Position numbers and translations under genes: made by a program | Shown here: piece by piece, positions 18,475 to 27,626 of the stretch | How positions within the stretch are numbered: position 1 is the first letter of the stretch | How the letters are laid out: every line of letters starts with the position of its first letter | The notes under the pieces: generated by a model | What the model was told of the DNA's origin: nothing | Seen by the model: only the letters and a program-made list of their open reading frames with translations | The model's database searches: none | DNA from: Oligoflexales bacterium | GTDB taxonomy: Bacteria; Bdellovibrionota_B; Oligoflexia; Oligoflexales; Bog-1112 | Length of the DNA stretch: 29,154 bases | Direction: 5' to 3' | Assembly: GCA_045106415.1 (NCBI GenBank) | Contig: JBGCEP010000021.1 | Location: forward strand, 1 to 29,154

Positions 18475-19581
18475 TCAAACGTTAAAACGAAACTCCATAA
18501 CGTCGCCGTCTTGAACTGTGTAGTCTTTTCCCTCAATACGCAAAAGACCCTGCTCTTTTAATGCGGCTTTTGACTTTGCTTTATCAAGAGCATCAATTGT
18601 GTACACTTCTGCACAAATAAACCCTCTTTCAAAATCACTATGGATGACCCCCGCAGCAGCAGGAGCCGAGCATCCTTTACGCACCGTCCAAGCTCGAACT
18701 TCTTTCTCACCAGCCGTAAAATAAGTCTCTAGACCCAGCAGTTGATAGCCTTTACGAATCAATCTATTGAGCCCCGGTTCTTCCAAGCCAAGAGCATCAA
18801 TCATATCTTTCTTCTCATCATCTTCAAGATCTGAAAGCTCAGCTTCAATTTTCCCTGATAGGACAACAACTTCATCGCCTGTTTTTGCAGCAAAATCTTT
18901 TACAATTTTTGTGTAAGCATTATCTTGAGATCCGTCCGCTAGCTCTTCTTCTACATTACAAACATAAAGAACTTTGCGTGCTGTCAAAAGATGCATATCA
19001 CGATAAGCCTCGGCAACCCCTTCAACGTCAGGGAGCTCATAAGCACGGGCAGGCTTGAAAGCCTGCATATGAGCCTCTAACCCTTCAAAAGCCTCACAAA
19101 TTGCGACTGAGTTTTTCAAGCCACTTTTCGCAAGTTTACGAAGGCGTGTCATTGTTTTATCAAGGGTTTGGTGGTCAGACATAATAAGTTCAGACTGAAT
19201 AATATCAATATCTCGAAGCGGATCGACACCACCCTCAACATGGATAATATCATCATCATCAAAACAACGAACAACATGAGCGATAGCATCTGACATACGG
19301 ATATGGCCTAAAAACTGATTGCCAAGCCCTTCACCGCGAGAGGCTCCTCGTACCAGTCCAGCAATGTCAATAAACTCCATTCCAGCTGGGACCACTTTCT
19401 GAGCGATAATATGCTTCAGTATGACATCCATGCGTGGATCCGGAACATCGACCATCCCAACATTAGGGTCAATCGTACAAAAAGGATAATTTTCCGACGC
19501 CGCACCTGCACACGTCAACGCATTAAAGATTGTTGATTTTCCAACATTAGGGAGCCCAACAATTCCGCACTTAAAACCCAC
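18475..19581 (-). CDS. ychF: Ribosome-binding ATPase YchF
   Basis: CGIVGLPNVGKST, NYPFCTIDPN, DIAGLV, GEGLGNQFL, NxxE, and C-terminal TGS domain (GVIHSDFERGFI, VQDGDVM). Confidence 0.98.
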   Translation of the reverse strand: MGFKCGIVGLPNVGKSTIFNALTCAGAASENYPFCTIDPNVGMVDVPDPRMDVILKHIIAQKVVPAGMEFIDIAGLVRGASRGEGLGNQFLGHIRMSDAIAHVVRCFDDDDIIHVEGGVDPLRDIDIIQSELIMSDHQTLDKTMTRLRKLAKSGLKNSVAICEAFEGLEAHMQAFKPARAYELPDVEGVAEAYRDMHLLTARKVLYVCNVEEELADGSQDNAYTKIVKDFAAKTGDEVVVLSGKIEAELSDLEDDEKKDMIDALGLEEPGLNRLIRKGYQLLGLETYFTAGEKEVRAWTVRKGCSAPAAAGVIHSDFERGFICAEVYTIDALDKAKSKAALKEQGLLRIEGKDYTVQDGDVMEFRFNV

Positions 19582-19593
19582 ATTTGCCTCTTT

Positions 19594-20085
19594 TTAGCTT
19601 CTCATATTAGTAAATTGCAAAGGCAAAGCACTTTCTTGATCTTTCAACAAAGCCATCACCTCCTGCAAATCATCAATTTTCTTACCTGTCACACGCACCT
19701 GCTCGTCTTGAATTTGAGCTTGTACTTTAAGCTTACTTTCTTTAATTCTCTTTGTGATTTTTTTACCGTCTTCTTTAGTCAAGCCAGACTTCAGTTCAAT
19801 CTCTTGACGCAACAAACACCCTGAAGCTTCTTGAGGATCCCCGTACATAAGGCTTCGACAGTCAATATTTCGACGCGCAAAGCGCGACTCTAAAATCTGA
19901 TGAATTGCGCGAAGCTTCATATCATCATCAGCAATAATTTTTATTTTTTGCCCAGCTTTGTCAAAATCAACACTCGACTTTCCTCCTCGGAAGTCAAACC
20001 TCGTCGCAATTTCTTTAGACGCTTGATTCACAGCATTATCAACTTCTTGAGCGTCCATCTCACAAACAATATCAAAAGAAGGCAT
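19594..20085 (-). CDS. yajQ: YajQ-family nucleotide/c-di-GMP-binding protein
   Basis: MPSFDIV, EVDNAVNQ, RFDF, VRVTGKKIDDLQ and LQFTNMR; 163 aa. Confidence 0.97.
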   Translation of the reverse strand: MPSFDIVCEMDAQEVDNAVNQASKEIATRFDFRGGKSSVDFDKAGQKIKIIADDDMKLRAIHQILESRFARRNIDCRSLMYGDPQEASGCLLRQEIELKSGLTKEDGKKITKRIKESKLKVQAQIQDEQVRVTGKKIDDLQEVMALLKDQESALPLQFTNMRS

Positions 20086-20265
20086 AGAAAAAACCCCACA
20101 TAGTCCTTACCAACACACATGAGTATCAGGCTCCACAGCCTTTCGTCCACAATTTTCAAAAAAACCATAAAAGTAAAGCTACTCTATCGAGTTATGAGAA
20201 TCCTTGTTCTTCTATTATTATGAAATAAATAGAAGACATAACAGATCATTTAGAAAGGCAGAGTC

Positions 20266-21321
20266 ATGAGCACCTTTTCTTTGACACGATTTTTTTTGCT
20301 TTTCGTTTGCAATATACACATAACTCATGCTCAAGCATCATCAAATAGCAAACCTCCTCGAGATTATGAGGAGTGCCGACGAAGCGCTTTAAATTTTTAT
20401 CGCAACGACCTCAATAAAGCAAAATTCCAAACTCGACTCGACACCTGTTTTCATCGTTTTCCTGGAGCAGAAGAGTACCTTGCCTGCAAAAGAAAAGCTC
20501 TCCGATCAAAATCCAAAGAAAAACTCAACTCATGCAAAAACATCTTAAATATTTTAAGTTTTCAAGCTTCAAATCCATTTCCAATTTCCTTTTATCAGAA
20601 TAATTTTTATTTCGCAGGGACCAGCCTCTCCTCGCCAAAGCACATTGATCAATTTTCTCCTCTTCACCTTGATTGCAGCCATCTTCAAAGAGCCATTCAG
20701 ACAGGGGATGGAATTGAGTGGATTGAACCCAGCACTCCTCTTAGTGATCTCAATGGGTTTGAAAAACACAGTCTTCGCCAACAGATACGTCGGCTTGGCC
20801 TACAAAAAATAACAGGCCGTGACGGTGTCAAAGTTCCAAACCTTGGAAGACTAAAAGGAAATCTGCGAAAGAAACGCTCACAACTCTATTTCCCTACAGC
20901 TTCATGTTCTTTTCGCAATGATGATCCCGGCTCTCTTTTTGCTACGCTTTCTATCCGCTATCTCCTTACTGCAGAAAAATCTACAATCACACCCCTTCTC
21001 GGAAGTGCAAGCTACCACCCTGAAACCATGACCATGAAAGAAGTACAAACCCGAATGAGAAAGCAAACACCTAAGGGGATGATTTATTTCCCAACATCTT
21101 ATGGGTTTTATGTCTCTCAACATAAAATTGATGAGTTTGACAAAGAGAAGCTCCCTCTACGGCCTTGCGCTAAATCCAATAAAAACAATTGGTTCGTTCA
21201 GGTTTTCAAAAACAAGGTGAAACATAAATTTGTCCATTCTGTGCACATTTTAAATTTGAAGAACTTTTGCTCTTACGCCAACCAACGCATTAAGCCTTGG
21301 GTCCCAACAAAGAAGCTTTAG
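20266..21321 (+). CDS. Hypothetical exported, Cys-rich, basic protein
   Basis: 351-aa ORF with an AAAGG upstream and a Sec-like signal peptide ending AQA. Eight Cys in the mature part; no family recognised. Confidence 0.75.
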   Translation: MSTFSLTRFFLLFVCNIHITHAQASSNSKPPRDYEECRRSALNFYRNDLNKAKFQTRLDTCFHRFPGAEEYLACKRKALRSKSKEKLNSCKNILNILSFQASNPFPISFYQNNFYFAGTSLSSPKHIDQFSPLHLDCSHLQRAIQTGDGIEWIEPSTPLSDLNGFEKHSLRQQIRRLGLQKITGRDGVKVPNLGRLKGNLRKKRSQLYFPTASCSFRNDDPGSLFATLSIRYLLTAEKSTITPLLGSASYHPETMTMKEVQTRMRKQTPKGMIYFPTSYGFYVSQHKIDEFDKEKLPLRPCAKSNKNNWFVQVFKNKVKHKFVHSVHILNLKNFCSYANQRIKPWVPTKKL

Positions 21322-21370
21322 AAAACTCTCGCTAGAGACCTCGTTTTATGGCAAAAGATCTTCATTATGT

Positions 21371-23125
21371 TTGGATCTTTCCATCATACAGAGGTGTGCC
21401 ATCGACGATATCAAGCAAACTATTCTACAAAAGTCTGATATTGCCACTATTATCGGAGAGTCGATCTCGCTTCAACGGCGCAGCGGAAGGCTTGTCGGAC
21501 TCTGCCCATTTCATGATGAAAAGTCTCCGAGTTTTTACGTTTTTGATGATGGCCACTACTATTGCTTTGGCTGCCAAGCTCGTGGCGATGTTATTAGCTT
21601 CATACAAAACCACATGGGTTTGGGTTTTTTAGATGCTTTAAGGTGGCTCGCTCAAAAAGTAGGTATTGATCCTTCTCTGATCTCAAAAGCACCCTCCAAT
21701 CAGAAGCGAGCTCAGGGGCAAGTTTTATTTGAAGCTCAGCAGTTCTTTATCACTCAACTCCAAAGCCCTCTTGGCCAACAAGCAAAAAAATACCTTCATG
21801 ACCGTGGTTTTACTGATGAGCACATCACTCAATACGGATTCGGCTTCGCTCCTCTCCAAGGAGGGCTCATAAGACACTTAAAAAGTCACTCATTAGAAGA
21901 CCTCGAACGTTGCTCTCTTGTCTCACGCGAAAACGGGAAAACATGGGAGTTTTTTAGAAACAGAGTCATGATTCCCATTCGAGACTTCCAAGGTCGACTC
22001 ATAGCCTTTGGGGGGCGTGCTCTAGACCAAAGCCCTCAAAAATACAAAAATAGTCGTTACGACAAAGGTGAAGTTTTATTTGGTTTCGATTCAGCAAGAA
22101 AACACATTAAGAGCAAAGGCCGCGCTTTTGTTGTCGAAGGTTATCTCGACGCTATTCAAATGCAAATTCAAGGTTATGGAGAGACAGTCGCTTGCCAAGG
22201 GACAGCTCTCACGACCAAACACTTTAAACAATTAGAATCTGCAACCAACCGAGTTTACCTCATGTTTGATGGTGACCAAGCTGGCCATAACGCTGCTCTA
22301 AAGTGCATAGAGAACTCCTTAGAGTGCCCGAATCTTGATGTTCAAGTTCTTTCTCTCCCCGTAGGCGCTGATCCTGATAGCTTTCTCAGAGAAGACAACA
22401 ACCTCAAAACCTTACTCAAGAATGCGCAAGATCTCATTACTTTTGGCATTGCAGATCGACTTCAATCAGCATCACACACAGGCATACCTGAAATCATCCA
22501 AAAAGAGCTGCTTCCTTGGGTTCAAGCTCAGCAAGACCCCCTACGACGTGACTACCTTCTCAAACATATATCTGAAGCCACCGGACTTTCTCGTGACGCT
22601 CTCATGCAATCTATAAAACGTAGTTCAACAACATTCAAAACAGCCAGGCCAGCACCTCAACAAACAAGGGAAGAAAAAAAACAGCCTATCTCTTCAGTTA
22701 CATATGAGTGCATTGGCCACCTCTTTTTTGCTGAGCCTGGAGAACCATCAACCAGAGTTTTAAAATTCTTACGACAACTCCCACTCACTGTCGAACTTGC
22801 CAATGCAATTGCTTTTTGTTTACAAGCCTTAAAACAGGGGCAAACACCAGCAAACATAGACCCTACATTATGGCCAAGCACCATTCTTAATCGGGTAGAG
22901 CATGACCAAGCAGCCTTTGACACTCCTCACCACTGGAATCAACTAGAAATTCTCAGCTGGTTTCACGACGCTCACAACCACAAGCAGGCGATCACAGAGC
23001 TCACCTCTCGAGTTCATCAATTTCAACAAGATGAACACCAACTACGTGAACTCTCAAATGCGATCCGACACCACCAAACAGAACACGACAAAGCTCTCGA
23101 AGAAATTGTAAAACTTCGAGAATAG
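21371..23125 (+). CDS. dnaG: DNA primase
   Basis: CPFHDEKSPSF...CFGC zinc finger, FRNRVMIPI, FGGR, TOPRIM motifs VVEGYLD and FDGDQAG, and DPD. Lies upstream of rpoD. Confidence 0.97.
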   Translation: MDLSIIQRCAIDDIKQTILQKSDIATIIGESISLQRRSGRLVGLCPFHDEKSPSFYVFDDGHYYCFGCQARGDVISFIQNHMGLGFLDALRWLAQKVGIDPSLISKAPSNQKRAQGQVLFEAQQFFITQLQSPLGQQAKKYLHDRGFTDEHITQYGFGFAPLQGGLIRHLKSHSLEDLERCSLVSRENGKTWEFFRNRVMIPIRDFQGRLIAFGGRALDQSPQKYKNSRYDKGEVLFGFDSARKHIKSKGRAFVVEGYLDAIQMQIQGYGETVACQGTALTTKHFKQLESATNRVYLMFDGDQAGHNAALKCIENSLECPNLDVQVLSLPVGADPDSFLREDNNLKTLLKNAQDLITFGIADRLQSASHTGIPEIIQKELLPWVQAQQDPLRRDYLLKHISEATGLSRDALMQSIKRSSTTFKTARPAPQQTREEKKQPISSVTYECIGHLFFAEPGEPSTRVLKFLRQLPLTVELANAIAFCLQALKQGQTPANIDPTLWPSTILNRVEHDQAAFDTPHHWNQLEILSWFHDAHNHKQAITELTSRVHQFQQDEHQLRELSNAIRHHQTEHDKALEEIVKLRE

Positions 23126-23265
23126 CTTTTCATCCATCAAAATCTAGCCTACACTGACAAAAATGTTATGGTGATTGACCACAACCGTACATTTGTAGTA
23201 GGACTTGCCCCTGGGGGGATTATCTCTCCATAAGAAAACGTTCCACAGACACGAGGAAGAGGCCC

Positions 23266-25338
23266 ATGAGTCAAGACAAAACAAAAAAGCCCGAAGCAAA
23301 CTCGACAAGCGAAGCGTCTGTGGACGCCAAACCCAAAAAAACACCGACACGTAAAAAGGTCACAAAAGCCCCAGTGGCAGCTCCAGCAGCCACGGCAACA
23401 AAAAAGAAAACAACAAAGAAAAAAGTTGCAACAAAAGCTTCTACAGCTAAAAAAACAACAAAGAAAAAAACAGCCACAACCAAAGTTGCTAAGAAAACAA
23501 CAACTACGGCAAGCGCTAAAGATACAGCTACAAAAAGTTCAGCCGGCACAAAAAACGGTGATAATCCTAAGCAAGCTAGCTTCCATGAAATTTTAAAAAC
23601 TCTACAAGCTAGAGCCGAAGGCAGCGAGAATACGCTGTCTGTTGAAGAAATCCGTGCAGAAATACCAAAAAACTCACACATCCTCGACGAAGTTCTTGCC
23701 GCACTCGCCATGATGGATATCGCAATCAAAGACGCCCCAGGTGACGACGATGTCAGTAGTGGCGGTGATGATGACGAATCTAACGACGAAGAAACATCTG
23801 CGACCAAAGACGATGATGATGATGAAGAGGATGATGACGAAGAGAGCTCGGAAGGCACGACCACAACAACAACGGCAACAACTGAGCAGTCTCTTGGACG
23901 CTCTAATGATCCTGTACGCATTTATCTAAGAAAGATGGGAAGCGTCTCACTTCTTTCTCGAGAGGGCGAAGTTGTCATTGCTAAGAAAATTGAAGACGCT
24001 GAAAACTCAACTCTAGAGCGCCTTCTTGATTTCCGCCTTGGAATCGACATGATTCATCAAGTTGGAAAAGATTTTATCGACGGCACAGCACGTATGAAAA
24101 GCTGGATCAAAGGTTTTGATGACGATGAGGCTTCAAACAACGAAGATGTGCATGAAGAAAAAATCCGTGTCAGCACAACCTCTCTTTTAAAACTCTTCGA
24201 TGCTTATAAAACTTTATTCCAAAAGAAAAGCGCTGCAGCAAAGCACTTTGAAAAACTAGCGAATGCCAAGCAAGAGCTTTTTAAAGCTCTTGAAGACCTC
24301 AACATTAACCGTCGCATTGTTTTTGACGCCGTTGAGCGAGTCGCAAAACACGCAACTGCCGCCCGAGAAGCTCGACTTGATCTTGAGTACTACGCGCGCA
24401 GAAGCTCTACAAATATGGAAACGCTTCTCGAACACGTCTCTAAAAGCGCCAGCACTCCTTTCCCAGGAGTTTCTGACAGAGAATGGGAGCGTCTGTCAAA
24501 AAACATAATGACATCCAAAACAACCATCGATCGCTGTGTTGACGAGAGCGGCATGAACCTTGCCGATCTAGAAAGCGCTCACAGGGACCTCATTGCTCTA
24601 CAAGACCGCACTGAGTCCGCCAAAAGAGAACTTGTTGAAGCTAACCTTCGGCTTGTTGTTTCTATCGCCAAAAAATACACAAACCGCGGCCTTCAGTTCT
24701 TAGACCTTATTCAAGAGGGCAACATCGGTTTGATGAAAGCTGTTGAAAAGTTCGAGTACCGTCGTGGATATAAATTTTCTACCTACGCAACATGGTGGAT
24801 TCGCCAAGCCATTACTCGCGCTATTGCCGATCAAGCAAGAACGATCAGAATCCCCGTTCATATGATTGAAACAATAAATAAATTAATCCGCACTTCTCGA
24901 TACCTTATTCAAGAGATGGGCAGAGAACCGACACCTGAAGAAATAGCTGCACGCATGGAAATGTCTGTGGAAAAAGTCCGCAAAGTCTTAAAAATTGCTG
25001 TCGAGCCTATTTCGCTAGAGACTCCAATCGGCGAAGAAGAAGACAATCACATCGGTGACTTTTTAGAAGACAGATCCACTGTCTCTCCTTCAGAAAACGT
25101 CATTTCGAGCTCTCTTGGAGATCAGACACAAAGAGCTCTTGCGACTCTTACTCCTCGCGAAGAAAAAGTTCTAAGAATGAGGTTTGGTATCGGCGAGCGT
25201 AGTGATCACACCCTCGAAGAAGTCGGCCAGAGCTTTGATGTCACACGAGAAAGAATTCGTCAGATCGAAGCAAAAGCGCTACGCAAGCTTCGTCACCCAT
25301 CTCGAAGCAAAAAACTACGGGCATTTATCGAGTCTTAA
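23266..25338 (+). CDS. rpoD: Primary RNA polymerase sigma factor RpoD
   Basis: [61 protein letters not shown] and [23 protein letters not shown]. Confidence 0.99.
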   Translation: MSQDKTKKPEANSTSEASVDAKPKKTPTRKKVTKAPVAAPAATATKKKTTKKKVATKASTAKKTTKKKTATTKVAKKTTTTASAKDTATKSSAGTKNGDNPKQASFHEILKTLQARAEGSENTLSVEEIRAEIPKNSHILDEVLAALAMMDIAIKDAPGDDDVSSGGDDDESNDEETSATKDDDDDEEDDDEESSEGTTTTTTATTEQSLGRSNDPVRIYLRKMGSVSLLSREGEVVIAKKIEDAENSTLERLLDFRLGIDMIHQVGKDFIDGTARMKSWIKGFDDDEASNNEDVHEEKIRVSTTSLLKLFDAYKTLFQKKSAAAKHFEKLANAKQELFKALEDLNINRRIVFDAVERVAKHATAAREARLDLEYYARRSSTNMETLLEHVSKSASTPFPGVSDREWERLSKNIMTSKTTIDRCVDESGMNLADLESAHRDLIALQDRTESAKRELVEANLRLVVSIAKKYTNRGLQFLDLIQEGNIGLMKAVEKFEYRRGYKFSTYATWWIRQAITRAIADQARTIRIPVHMIETINKLIRTSRYLIQEMGREPTPEEIAARMEMSVEKVRKVLKIAVEPISLETPIGEEEDNHIGDFLEDRSTVSPSENVISSSLGDQTQRALATLTPREEKVLRMRFGIGERSDHTLEEVGQSFDVTRERIRQIEAKALRKLRHPSRSKKLRAFIES

Positions 25339-25341
25339 CTC

Positions 25342-25370
25342 TTGTCTTCTTTTATCAAGAATGGTAATTT
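25342..25370 (+). promoter_or_regulatory. Putative sigma70 promoter for the tRNA
   Basis: TTGTCT-17 nt-TAATTT with TGn before the -10, ending 14 nt upstream of the tRNA. Confidence 0.5.
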
Positions 25371-25384
25371 ACTGTTCTCTGTGG

Positions 25385-25461
25385 GGGTTCATAGCTCAGT
25401 TGGTTAGAGCAGGGTGCTCATAACTCCAAGGTCCCTGGTTCAAGTCCAGGTGGACCCACCA
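25385..25461 (+). tRNA. tRNA with CAU anticodon, probably tRNA-Ile2 (elongator Met not excluded)
   Basis: Acceptor GGGTTCA/TGGACCC, D arm GCTC/GAGC, loop CTCATAA, T arm CCTGG-TTCAAGT-CCAGG, A73 and encoded CCA. The paired 1-72 position argues against initiator tRNA; location after rpoD is common for Ile2. Confidence 0.9.
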
Positions 25462-25481
25462 CAGAATACCTTTCAAGAAAA

Positions 25482-26645
25482 CTATTCCATTTTTTTTCTA
25501 ATTTCTTCAGTCAAATTTTTCGCTTTTTCAAACCCTGGGTAAGCCTCAAGAGCCCGCGAACAATGCCTTAAGCACAGCTTGTAATTTACAAGCCCTCTAT
25601 AACCTAAGGCAATATTATAATGTATTTTCCCAACGAACTCTTTTTTAGTAATCACTTCTAAACAGTCTTTATAGATAGAGATTGCGCCTTCAAAGTCTTT
25701 TTGTTTAGACAGCTTAACACCCGCCGTATTTAAGATAGAAACAACTTCTTTTTCAGTGTGATTCTTTCTCAAACGCTCACTTACACCTTCAAAGTGGCCT
25801 TGTTCCATATCGACATGCGCTAAGGTTTCTGTAGCAGCTTGATTGTTTTTATCCAACAGCTGAAGGTTTTTCATCTGTTGTTGAGCGAGGTCAAAATGAC
25901 CTAAATCTAAATTCGTTAAACCAGCTCTTTCAAGAACCTTTAAATGCATTGGATTTTCAGCTGCCAAAATATCCAAACACTCTTTGGCTTCTTCCATCTT
26001 TTTTTGACATCTATAAACATGAGATTTTTTATTTAAAATAGACACAGAGTACGGATCTTTCCCTTCCGCCTCATCAACATATTGCTCTGCTTTATCATAA
26101 TCACCACGTAACAGAGCAACATCCACCATAATTAATAATGCTTTTACATGGAGTTTCCCATGATTCAACAGCTGTTCAGCAAAACTTTCAGCCATTTCAG
26201 CAAGCCCGCTCAAAACAGCAGATTTTGCATCTCTATAAAGCTGAATCTCTGGAGATACTGAGTTTTCATTCTCAAGCAAGAAATCAACCTTGGCCACCAG
26301 AGATTTTTCATCAATAGGAGCTGTTAAAATATAATCAACATCATATTCAAGAAAAATACGCAGTGTTTGAGGGTCAACATCATTGCCAATAAAGAAAAAA
26401 GGCTCAAGCCCGTAATTCCCTGTCTCTCTTAATCTTTGCATCAGGGTAACCCCAGGGTGATCAAGAAGCTCTAAGCCAACAACAATAAGATCAACCTGTT
26501 GTCTCGATAAAATTTCAAATGCTTCATCCACACTTTGAAACTGAATCACCTGTACCAATTTACGTGCGACCAAAATCTTTGTCACCAAGTCAATCATTCT
26601 ACGGTCAGACAAGCACACAGCAACTTTAGATGACTCATTCAACAT
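25482..26645 (-). CDS. Atypical receiver domain plus TPR repeat protein
   Basis: The N-terminal ~120 aa follow the CheY-like pattern (DEAFEIL...DLIVV...PGVTLMQRLR...DYILTAPI). The remainder is helical TPR-like repeats (GDYDKAEQYV, DFEGAISIY, IHYNIALGY, ALEAYPGFEKA). Confidence 0.8.
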   Translation of the reverse strand: MLNESSKVAVCLSDRRMIDLVTKILVARKLVQVIQFQSVDEAFEILSRQQVDLIVVGLELLDHPGVTLMQRLRETGNYGLEPFFFIGNDVDPQTLRIFLEYDVDYILTAPIDEKSLVAKVDFLLENENSVSPEIQLYRDAKSAVLSGLAEMAESFAEQLLNHGKLHVKALLIMVDVALLRGDYDKAEQYVDEAEGKDPYSVSILNKKSHVYRCQKKMEEAKECLDILAAENPMHLKVLERAGLTNLDLGHFDLAQQQMKNLQLLDKNNQAATETLAHVDMEQGHFEGVSERLRKNHTEKEVVSILNTAGVKLSKQKDFEGAISIYKDCLEVITKKEFVGKIHYNIALGYRGLVNYKLCLRHCSRALEAYPGFEKAKNLTEEIRKKME

Positions 26646-26867
26646 TTCTCACCACCTTTTTCACTCAATTAGTCATATAAGCTTACCTCTATTTTTACAC
26701 ATCCCCACCTTCCTACAGCAGTTCTACCTATAAAAAAACTAACGGAAACAAAAATATTTACATAAAACGCTTAAAATATTATATGTTTACACATATATCA
26801 AAACTCATCTTTTGCAAACGACACATATCAGGTATAAGAGACGGCTGTGAGACTTTAGGGAAACGTT

Positions 26868-27626
26868 ATGCAACCATCACTTCAACTCAACCCTCAACAA
26901 GACCAACTTTTTGACTCAAACCACTACCCAGTTCCATTTGAGTTTGACTCTCAAGTTGCTCATGTTTTTGACGACATGGCTGTTCGCTCTATTCCCCTCT
27001 ACGCTCAAGTCATGCACAACACTGTGGAGTGGGTACAAAGGTCATGCTCGAACCATGCTAGAATCTACGACCTCGGCTGTTCCACAGGGACTCTAATACG
27101 CGCGCTTGTGGATCAAGTTTCTTTTCCACTTGAGCTCATTGGTGTCGACAATTCTGAGCACATGCTTGCACAAGCGCAACAAAAACTATCAGGCACTCCC
27201 AACATCCAATGGATCGCAGCTGATCTGTTACAAATACCTCTAGAACCATGCTCAGCTGTCATCATGAACTACACACTTCAGTTTTTAAGTGAAGAACGTC
27301 GAGCCCTTCTTCTCAAAAGAATTTTCACAGCACTCAAACCTGGTGGAATTTTTCTGTACAGCGAAAAAACCCTCTCTTCAAATGCCACGATTCAGCATAC
27401 GATGACGGATATTTACCATAAATTCAAACACCAAAACGGTTATTCAAAAAATGAAATCGAGCGTAAAAAAGAAGCCTTAGAAAAAGTTTTGATCCCTTGG
27501 AGCACTCAAAAACACCTCCAGGAGTTAACTTGCGCTGGCTTCTTAGAAAAAAACTGCGACATAGCTCTCAAATGGAACGCATTCACAACCTTTATTGCTA
27601 AAAAACCTGAGGGTTTACCATGCTAG
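26868..27626 (+). CDS. cmoA: Carboxy-S-adenosyl-L-methionine synthase CmoA
   Basis: FEFDSQVAHVFDDM..RSIPLY, YDLGCSTG, DNS..M, NYTLQF, SEK and FK..NGYS..EI; coupled to cmoB. Confidence 0.92.
   Translation: MQPSLQLNPQQDQLFDSNHYPVPFEFDSQVAHVFDDMAVRSIPLYAQVMHNTVEWVQRSCSNHARIYDLGCSTGTLIRALVDQVSFPLELIGVDNSEHMLAQAQQKLSGTPNIQWIAADLLQIPLEPCSAVIMNYTLQFLSEERRALLLKRIFTALKPGGIFLYSEKTLSSNATIQHTMTDIYHKFKHQNGYSKNEIERKKEALEKVLIPWSTQKHLQELTCAGFLEKNCDIALKWNAFTTFIAKKPEGLPC

Noticed and set aside
18277..18536. N-terminal extension of aroK and the 110-aa ORF 18204-18536
   Set aside because: Both run into the ychF terminator hairpin, and aroK has a good RBS-ATG at 18276.
18475..20085. yajQ-ychF as part of the T2SS operon, giving a c-di-GMP module with GspE MshEN
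   Set aside because: An intrinsic terminator separates them from aroK-gsp, and both are widespread housekeeping genes.
23395..23510. A-rich direct repeats resembling an array
   Set aside because: They are in-frame coding repeats of rpoD with no repeat-spacer structure. No CRISPR array was seen anywhere in the window.
23271..23921. 216-aa minus-strand ORF rich in Ser/Val/Phe
   Set aside because: It is the antisense shadow of the low-complexity rpoD N-terminus and has no recognisable motifs.
26694..26794. TTTACACAT repeated twice in the divergent promoter region
   Set aside because: A short AT-rich match that cannot be told from chance without comparative data.
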